The notes under the pieces: generated by a model
What the model was told of the DNA's origin: nothing
Seen by the model: only the letters and a program-made list of their open reading frames with translations
Databases searched by the model: none
From: Takakia lepidozioides
Lineage: Eukaryota; Plantae; Bryophyta
Direction: 5' to 3'
Assembly (NCBI GenBank): GCA_030704615.1
Contig: CM060731.1
Span: forward strand, 34,782,001-34,846,000
DNA length: 64,000 nt
Translations under genes and position numbers: made by a program
Shown here: positions 50,349 through 59,645 of the stretch, piece by piece
Layout: the number at the start of each line of letters is the position of its first letter
How positions within the stretch are numbered: the stretch's first letter is position 1

Positions 50349-53300
50349 TTTCTTTCTTTCCACAAATCAAAACTTACGGTGGCGAGGTTATAAGACTTTC
50401 AACACTTGGTGAGTTCCCACACAAAGTTAGGATTCCCCAAAATTAGGTCACACACACACAAAGCACAATTTAGGGGATGCAGTTGGGAACATGATTCATT
50501 GCTGAAGTTTTGTAGATTTTAACATGTTTTCAGTTATGAACAAAAAGGTGGTCAGAGGTGCAGATTTTGCAATCAATGGTGAAAAAAATTGTAAGCCTTT
50601 AGGGTTTAAAATGTTTACTTGAAAGAAATTCACACTAGATGAATGGGCTAGCAAGGGTGGTATGAACAGTTGGTGAGTGCACATAGAAGGCTGGATAGAT
50701 ATAAATACATCTTTGAAATTCATTGGATGGATTTTTTTTGCAATATCTAGATGGTTTCAATTTTTCTTTGGATTAAATATGCCTCTAGATAGGGTCAAAC
50801 TGGCTGCCAAGTCATTGACTGCCAACACCAATTAAACATCCAGAGTATTAGACATGAATTAGCTAGTTAGTATCAAACAGAAGACGGAGATCTAAACTAC
50901 TTGAATTCTCTAAAATAATACAACGAGCCACGGCAATAATATGTAGTATATCGATGTGAATTCATATAATCACATCAACAATGAGTATTTATCTAGACGA
51001 TGCAAGCATACTCATTTATATTGATTTGTGCCAGTGCTCCACGCAGCATAAGATGTATCAGGAACATAGACATAAAGAACCACATTTCCATCGTCTTGCA
51101 CGTTCAATGAACATCCAGTTGTGTTATCACGTCTTTCCACATCATGGGTCCATAGGACATTGTTTGTCAATCCATCTCTAATTGACATGACCCCATACTT
51201 AGTGAGAGACACATAACAATTGGAACCTTTGTTATAGGTCCCAGAAGACCACAATGAGAAGACGTCCATGTACTTGTACAACACCAAATTGCAATCGCTT
51301 TGCATTTCAAACTTGTAATTGCAGTTGTTGCTAACGAGCCAGTCATCTGCATACATCTTTTGGCTGTTCCACATTACACTGTTACCGCAAAAGCTACAAT
51401 CGATGCCAACACCACTAACACATGTTGCAAACGATATTGCCAATGTCACTAACAAAATGGTTATAGATTTTCTAGTATTCCCTCATTCACTTTGCATCAA
51501 GAACGTAAAATTGGGTGGTTTGGACATGTGCAAATCTAGTGGTAGATCTATGCAGATAGACAAATAGATAGAATGTGTATGAGAAAAGAGTGACATCCTC
51601 AACGAGATCTCAATATTTATTGCTTAATCCCTAAACGTCTGCCCACGGGGTTTGTTGACTTTTCCGGAAAAAAATGATCCATGTCTAGTAAAAAACACCT
51701 TATAACTTGGGGAGAACTTGACCTTTTGATAATTCAACCTAACATATTCCTAGCCACCTACCCCCTGCATGCGGTCCTATATTCCAAATTTGAGGCCAAT
51801 CAGGGAAGACATGCAAAAACCCCACTGTTGCATTTGGTGCCCTATTTTTGGCATTTTTCAAAAATGAACTAGAAAACAACAGGATTTTGCAGATTTTGGA
51901 TGTCGGGTTGAAATCTGTTGGGTGTGGTGGATGGAATTTTAAATACCCACAACAGTCTTCTTCTAACATCCCCAAGATCTAACAATTTGGAAGAGATTAC
52001 GCCACGTTGGGGGGGGGGGGGGGCTTCCAAATATTTCCACTCGTCATGCAAAAAAATATAGGGTACAGTATATTCCTGGCAGATAAAATTTAGAAAACAA
52101 TTACAAATAAGTATGGGTACCAATATATCGTGGTTTCGGGATTTAAATGAACCCTGTTCTCCAAAAAAATAAAAAAATAAATGAAGATACGGTCTAGAAT
52201 ATAGACTACTATTGTTTTTTAGAACTACCAATAGGCCGGTACCGATAAAGGTCCAGGTGACACGTGTCGTCTTGTTACTGGTTTATTTGCAATGGGTACT
52301 TCAAAATGAGGCGGGCTAGACTTGGATTTGGGGACTTGGAGTACTGTTGACAGCACTTGGTTCACGGGGGAGGAGATTGAATTTAGGATTGGGCTTCGAT
52401 GTGCTTCTCTTCTTTGGTTGCGATCACTTCCCACTTAGTTCAGTTACTATGACTTTTGACAAAGTTCATAATGCTTATAGCTTGAATGCCATTGATGCCT
52501 AAGCTTTGGATGAGTTTGTTTCGACCAAGTAATGTACTGTAAAAATAAAAAAAAACTTTTATTGTATTGTTGACATAGCGTGCTTGGAAATGCTAGCAGC
52601 AGAAAAATATAATTAACATAGCCTGTCAGAAAATCCAGTATTTTATAAATTATGTAAGTATAGGGTGGTCGATATATATATATATATCCCCACACAAATT
52701 ACCCCATTTTCGCAAGTGATATATAAAAAGATATAGGGAGTCCCTTGCTCGAGCTCATTTTGTTTGTGCGATGGTGTAATGGAGGATTAAATGGTGTATA
52801 AGATAAGAATATATATCCTAACTGCCACCGATGATGATATAATAATCTTGAATAAAAGTTACACAATGGAGGATAAATTCTATGCACACTACAAATAGGG
52901 CCCACCCTCGAAAGGAGGCAATAGCCGCGAGGCGAAGTGGCGTGTAGTTTATATGCCGGCTTCGGCCGGAGTCTTCTCTCTCTGCACACCACAACAAAAC
53001 ATGTTTGTCACTTATCACCAAATTCAATAATTACACTAGAGAAAAATAAATAAATAAATAAAGTTTTCTTAAAAATTGTGAGATAAGCCATAGTTCTAGG
53101 GTACGTGGAATAAGTGGTGTTGATGTCGTCATGTGTGGTCACACATCGTTGGTGGGAGATTAGTCATTCGATACTTGGATGATAGCTAACGTATCCTACG
53201 TCATGTGAAATGTATAACAACTATCTTTTGCGATCTCTTCGACACCTTTGGTAACAAGATATCTTTGCTACTTTATAACATCGCAATACCTTACAACAAG

Positions 53301-53713
53301 ATATTTTCTTGATACCATCAATGGTTCTCAATATCTTCGACATATGGATCTAGAAATACACACGGAATATTTGTTTGAATCCAACCCATATTTATCTGTA
53401 GTAATGTCATGCCATGTAGCCATTGTGATCAACACCTTTTCGTAGTTTTAGAAAATCTAACATCACCGGCATAGTATGCAAACTCTTATTTTAATTCATG
53501 TATTTCGACGAAGTGTATGTTGCGAGTGTTCAATTGTCAAATCGAATACATGATTCGCAATTCATAGAAGTCTGAGACTCATTAGTTTTCTCTTGTAAGT
53601 AGGGTAGTGAGCACCGGACAGATACCCATGGCCACACATAATGATAGTTCAAGGGTAAAGTCATGAGAAATCAGCACATGTGATAGTAATGGATGTCTTG
53701 TCATCTATGATCG
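50349..53713. repeat. Segmental duplication, copy 1 (~3.4 kb, lectin block)
   Basis: Colinear with 57673-61189 from gtttctttctttccacaaatc to ctatgatcg. Confidence 0.95.
51012..51470 (-). pseudogene. GNA-related/bulb-type mannose-binding lectin, copy 1; ORF intact but start codon inverted out (next in-frame ATG at 51374)
   Basis: QSDCNLVLY and QDDGNVVLY mannose-site motifs and a hydrophobic signal peptide ILLVTLAISFATCVS. An in-frame TGA lies upstream with no in-frame ATG, because 51471-51531 is inverted relative to copy 2. Confidence 0.85.
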
Positions 53714-53794
53714 CACAATTGACTGTCGCAAAGCATTGAATGGTAATAGGAATCTTCCTGCCTGGACCATAGTTGTCCCTGCACAGTTTTCTAA

Positions 53795-56728
53795 GGGCCG
53801 TACCACACTAGCGGCAAGATAACTCAACACCCATGCTTATATCCTATCAAACCCAGTGTTATCAAGAAGGTTGCAACAAGTCTTAGTCCCAATATGCCCC
53901 CCCCCTCGGGACTCCTGAGCCCCGCCCCACCGCTGGCCACGTGGCGGCCCCCCGCTATGGATCCCCTCCCTGGGTTGATCCCCCCCCATCTCCAGCCACG
54001 TGGTGCTCCCCCGAACCATCTATCCCCTCCCCATCCATCCAACCTCAATTAAATGGATGATGTGGGTCATCCGCCCCTCCTCCCACGCAGGGGATGGATG
54101 ACGGCCGGATGAAGGGCCGATGACGCGTCCATCGCCACGTGGCGGTCCCCCCGACCTGGGTTGATCCCCCCTCCAGACCGGGAGTGATCCCCCAACCCGC
54201 ATCGCCCGCCGCGTGTTGCACCCCCGAACCATCGATCCCCTGCGCATCCATCCAACCTAAAAAACAATGGATGTTGTGTGTCATCCGCCCCTCATCCCCC
54301 CGCCATCCTCCCGCACAGGGGATGGACGACGGCCGGATGAAGGGCCGATGACGCGTCCATCGCCACGTGGTGCTCCCCCCACCGTCGATCCCCTCGTCCC
54401 ATCCACGGCGTGAGCCCCCGGGCCATCGCTGCCCCCCCCCCCCCCCCCCCCCCTTCGGTTGATCCCCCATCCAATGCGGTGACTGATCCCCCTCCACCCA
54501 TCGGCCGGCACGTGGTGCTCCCCCGAACCGTCCATCCCCTTGGCATCCATCCAACCTGAAAACTGGGTCATCCGCGGTCCCCCCGCATTCGATCCCCTCT
54601 TCCCATCCACGTGGCGATCCCCCGGGCGCTCCCCCCCGCCTCAGTTGATCCCCCGTCCAAACTGGGAAGTGATCCCCCTCTCGTTATGTATGCAACAGGG
54701 ATGCTGTTCAGCCTAATAGGTCAGTGGTGATGACCCAGTGTCGTAATCCCCTACACATTGGATCAGGCTATGCTCCCCCCTGTGCCCCTGCTCCCCACTG
54801 ATCCCCTTCACAGTGAAAGATGTTATGCTCTCATGCTCCCATGAGTCCGTCGATTCCACACACCTTGTGTTCATTGGTTCCGAAGGTCGCATCACAAGAG
54901 ACGATTCGTTTGTCACCCATTTCGAGCATTGTTTTTTTTCTGAAATTGTGTTTGAATGCCAATGGCAAATTTGAGGTCGACATTGCCGCAACGTATTCCT
55001 CCAGCAGGGGCATCGGGCGCGTCCTCTTGATAGAATAAAACACTTTGGGGCTGGGCCTCCTTCTACATCTTTAGACTGGTCCCCTCGTCCAGTACACAAC
55101 ATCAGACCACATGCGTCCTGCAGAAACAGTACATAGCAGCAAAGTACATGCGCAAGTGTAGCATACACGCGCGCAAAGAGAAACAAATATGTGAGCAGCA
55201 GAAAACCCTAAATTTCAATACATCCACTCCGTTCATCTCGCAGACCAAAATGGCAAGGAATGTACATGGCCGTTGGATGGGGGAGGACGACACAGATGAA
55301 CAGAATGATAGCCACATGCAAACAGCCCTGACACTTGACACGTGGAAGGGGGATCGCGGAAGGGCGGGGGGGAGAGGATGGGGGATCGTGCTAGGTGGTG
55401 TGGCAGATTAATGGAGAGAGGACCGCCATGGGGGGACGATGACGGATCTGTCGTTGACGTGCGGGGGGTGGGGGGGGTTTTCGAGGGTGGGGAGACACGT
55501 GGCCTGACGACGGCGGGGGATCAACCGAGGCGGGGGGGGGGGGGAGCGACAGCTCGGGGGATCGCGCTGTGGATGGGAGGAGGGGATCCACGGCTAGGGA
55601 GACCACCATAGAAACAATGCCAACGATTTGTCAAGTTGGATGTTGGCTCTTCGTCAAAGGCTCTAGGCCGATCAGCCGGATTGGCGTCCCAACGCATTCA
55701 TTGTGGACGATGCCGATGATGAGATTAATGCCATTCGGTTTGTTCACAATCCCTCCCCCCTACCAATGAACTTCCATTGTCTTGCATGCTTCTGCATGAT
55801 TCAGGGAGCACTGAGAAGGGATCAGTCACAATGTTTCCTTGCGAGGGATCTGTGTAGAGGGAACCAGGAGTGTAGGGTTGCATGGGGATCAGTGATCAGG
55901 GTACCAGGAGACTCAGTGATCAGGGGAACATTTGTCAAAGAATCATATTTGTATATGATTTGTGGTGGTTTTGTTGTGGTATTGTAGTAGCATTGCTAAT
56001 GCGGTTATGTGGATGGTTCAGCCATACGTTCCCAGGGGTGCCGGTTTTTCTGTGCCTTTGGCATGTTCGAAGGGTCTTGCTGAGAAATGCCATTGAGAAG
56101 ATCAATGATGCCCAATTAAGGGCCGATGTCTTGCAAGGTATGGGGGACATCATGTACAATAAAGGTGGTCCCACTGGTGACTCTTCGCAGGCCTGGGCTA
56201 TGTTTCAATTGTATGACTTACAAACAAAGTATCCCGCAGCTGAATTGTTCTTCTTGTATATCCACAAATGGTGGATCCCGAAAGTGGACATGTGGGTTAT
56301 TGAAGCTCGAAATATCCCACATGTCGGACAAGATACGAATGTTGGAATTGAAGCGTACCATGCCAACTTGAAGAGGCGTTTGTCCCAAACAAGACAGAAA
56401 ATGGACGGACATCGACTAGATTGGTTGGTCTACATCCTAACAGGTAGCCTCCTCACACTTTATTGGTACATTTTCGACCTTGAAAGCTGAAGGTTTCATT
56501 CGCAACTCTACGATGAAACATTTCGTGCAAAATGCAGTGTGGATGGCTGGGCAGATACCGGAATTCAATGTGGAATTGCCCGAGCACACAGGGGATCCTG
56601 CGAAGGTAAAAAGCACGTCTTCTCCAGGCACTGTATACACTATATGCAATCCAGCATCCGAGTGGGCTTGTTGTGACTGCCCTAACGCCATGGAAGGGAA
56701 CCTATGCAAGCACCAAGTGAAGGTGTGA
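53795..56728 (+). mobile_element. MULE element 2: GC-rich subterminal repeats plus decayed SWIM transposase with an internal inversion
   Basis: Plus strand: WRPNAFIVDDAD, CLWHVRR, DTNVGIEAYH, SWIM CCDC..GNLCKH. Minus strand 54680-55130: SVLFYQE..FAIGIQTQ..IVSCDATFGTN..IPVAYIT. C-rich repeats at 53895-54670 and inverted at 55340-55608. Left boundary is approximate. Confidence 0.85.
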
Positions 56729-57649
56729 ATATCATTTCACTATTGATTGTGGGTTGAAAACCACATATATCATGTGTTGGAGACCCACTAGTGTCTCCTC
56801 ACCCTCCTCTTCAAGCTTCTTTCAAGTCTTTTCGCCCACAGTTCTAGAAGAGTTCTTGGATTAGTCTAAGTCATGGATCATATGGCTAATTTTTGGCGAC
56901 AAATATATCATTAAATTATCTAGACTATAATCTGCTAATTAAAGGTACTAATGACTTGTGGGGGAAAAATTAAGCCCATGGAACGGAACCTGATCTCATG
57001 AGCCTTCTACCACTCCAATGGACCCATATAGTACTTGTCTGCAATGCCAACTTGATAGCTTTTGAAAATATACTATGAATGTTTTTCATAACAATCTTAT
57101 CTGTTGTTTCCGTCGTCCAAAATAATTCAGATTGCTTCTAGTGACATGTTTTGGAACATTCTTAATCATATAACTAATAGACCAATGAGTCATGTAATGA
57201 TCATATGTCAAGAGCAAAAGGGATGATTAGTGATTTCGAGTCATACTCTACATACAACTGTTGAAGTAAATGCAGCCTCACAACCCAACAAAGTTGGCAT
57301 AGTCCAAGGCCTTTAAATCTAGGATCCAAATTACTCCAAATTGCTGCATCCAATATATTGTGGGTTTTCTTTAGATCATAAGTCTTCTTCATAAATGCAA
57401 GAAAAAGGGTCAACACGTCAATGATTTGACATAGTTCACATTAACAAATGCATGCAAATTTGCAAATGTGTATTGACGCATAACTGCAACAAAAATGTGA
57501 CCAACAATCAGAAAATTTAATATAACAAGGGCAAATACATCATGAGGACATTTTGACAATATCCACAAATATATCATCCACCTTCCAACGGGAAAACAAT
57601 ATTTCTTCGGGATGAAGAGACACTATCATTTATGCTAAACCTTCAAGAG
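56728..57649 (-). mobile_element. Decayed hAT-like remnant, copy B (inverted homologue of 39765-40706)
   Basis: FMKKTYDLKKTHNIL..LDPRFKGLG. End-to-end reverse-complement similarity to copy A. Confidence 0.6.
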
Positions 57650-58321
57650 GAGTAAACCTCCTTTTGTCCACAGTTTCTTTCTTTCCACAAATCAAAACTT
57701 GCGGCGGCGAGGTTATAAGACTTTCAACACTTGGTTAGAGTTCCCACACAAAGTTAGTATTCCCCCAAAGTCACAACTTAGGGGATGCAATTGGGAACAT
57801 GATTCATTGCTGAAGTTTTGTTAGATCTTAACATGTTTTCAGTTATGAACGAAAAGGTGGTCAGAGGTGCAGATTTTGCAATCAATGGTGAAAAAAATTG
57901 TAAGCCTTTAGGGTTTAAAATGCTTACTTGAAAGAAATTCACACTAGATGGATGGGCTAGCAAGGGTGGTATGAGTGCACATAGAAGACTGGATAGATAT
58001 AAACACATCTCTGAAATTCATTGGACAGATTTTTTTTGCAATATCTAGATAGTTTCAATCTTTCTTTGGATTAAATATGCCCCTAGATAGGGTCAAACTG
58101 GCTGCCAAGTCATTGACTGCCAACACCAATTAAACATCCAGAATATTAGGCTCTTATAGGCATGAATTAGCTAGTTGTATCAATCAAAAGACGGAGGTCG
58201 AAGCTACTTGAAATCTCTAAAATAATACAGCGAGCCACGACAATAATAAGTAGTATATTGATGTGAATTCAATATATAATCACATCAACAGTGAGTATTT
58301 ATCTAGACGATGCAAGCATAC

Positions 58322-58804
58322 TCATTTATATTGATTTGTGCCAGTGCTCCACACAGCATAAGATGTATCAGGAACATAGACATAAAGAACCACATTTCCA
58401 TCGTCTTGCACGTTCAATGAACATCGAATTGTGTTATCGTGTCTTTCCACATTATGGGTCCATAGGACATTGTTTGTCGATCCATCTGTAATTGACATGA
58501 CCCCATACTTAGTGAAAGACACATAACAATTAGAACCTTTGTTATAGGTCCCAGAAGACCACAATGAGGTGGCGTCCGCTTTCTTGTACAACACCAAATT
58601 GCAGTCACTCTGCATTTCAAACTTGTAAATGTTGTTGTTGCTAATGAGCCAGTCATCTGCATACATTGTTTGGCTGTTCCACATTACACTGTTAGTGCCG
58701 CAAAAGCTACATTCGATGCCAACATCACTAACACATGTTGCAAACGATATTGCCAATGTCACTAACAAAATGGTTATAGATTTGCACATGTCCAAACCAC
58801 CCAT
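58322..58804 (-). CDS. Secreted GNA-related/bulb-type mannose-binding lectin, copy 2 (intact, intronless, 160 aa)
   Basis: MGGLDMCKSITILLVTLAISFATCVS signal peptide, then a B-lectin domain with two canonical QxDxNxVxY sites (QSDCNLVLY, QDDGNVVLY) and one degenerate site (TKYGVMSI). Confidence 0.9.
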   Translation of the reverse strand: MGGLDMCKSITILLVTLAISFATCVSDVGIECSFCGTNSVMWNSQTMYADDWLISNNNIYKFEMQSDCNLVLYKKADATSLWSSGTYNKGSNCYVSFTKYGVMSITDGSTNNVLWTHNVERHDNTIRCSLNVQDDGNVVLYVYVPDTSYAVWSTGTNQYK

Positions 58805-58945
58805 CTTTACTTTCTTGATGCAATGTGTTGAAGTGACTAAGGGGATACTAAAAAATTGGTGGTAGATATATACATATAGACAAATAAATAGAATGTGTAA
58901 GTGAGAAAAGAGTGACTTCCTCAAAGAGATCTCAATATTTATTGC

Positions 58946-59645
58946 TTAACCCCTAAACGCCCGCGGGGTCTGTTGACTTTTCCGTGACATGCGAAACCCC
59001 ACTAATGCATGTGGTGCCCTATTTTTGGCATTCATCAATAATGAACTAGAAAACAACATGATTTTGCAGATTCTGGATGTCGGGTTGAAATCTGTTGAGT
59101 GTGGTGGAGGGAACCTTATTACCCACGGCATTCTTGTTCTAACAAGCCCAAGATCTAACAATTTGGAAGAGATTACGACACGTGACATTTGGTCAAGGGA
59201 GGGGGGGAGGGTTGGTAGGGGGTGGTGGAATTGTCATGTGAATGATCCTGTACAAGTTAGTATTTTTTAGCATTAAAGACAAGTTGCATTACTCCAATAT
59301 CAAAGGCAACCTGCAAGAGATAATGAGCATTGTGTGCTAGGTTATAAGAAGAGAGAAAGGAAATCAAGAACAAAATGAAACAAGTGGGAGCCACCCAAGC
59401 CATATCCATGGCCCTTGTAAACCTAGTAGCTCATTGGGTCAACTCGAAGCAGCAACAGAATTTATAAACTCAAACACCTCAACTATGACCGCAGCTTCCA
59501 AAAGAGGACCAAAAGAGGGAGTCCACAACGCCTCTTCTGGCACTTTTATGTGATGATAGGGCGGCTGGCTTACATTTGCAAAAGTTACACACCCTTAAAC
59601 AACCAATTCGACTCGTTTTGGGCCTTGCGGACGTTTAGGGGTTAA
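58946..59645. mobile_element. piggyBac-like MITE with TTAA target duplication
   Basis: TTAA(58946-49)-cccctaaacgcccgc ... gcggacgtttagggg-TTAA(59642-45), TIR 14/15. A right-deleted homologue starts at ~51624 in copy 1. Confidence 0.7.

Noticed and set aside
50349-53713. Helitron origin for the lectin block
   Set aside because: No TC...CTRR termini with a subterminal hairpin at the shared endpoints on either strand.
53824-54610. Several overlapping Gly/Arg/Pro-rich ORFs
   Set aside because: Artefact of stop-poor GC-rich repeats.
58805-58924. 40-aa N-terminal extension of lectin 2 in the ORF track
   Set aside because: Starts at a non-ATG codon in the AT-rich leader; the first ATG is 58804.
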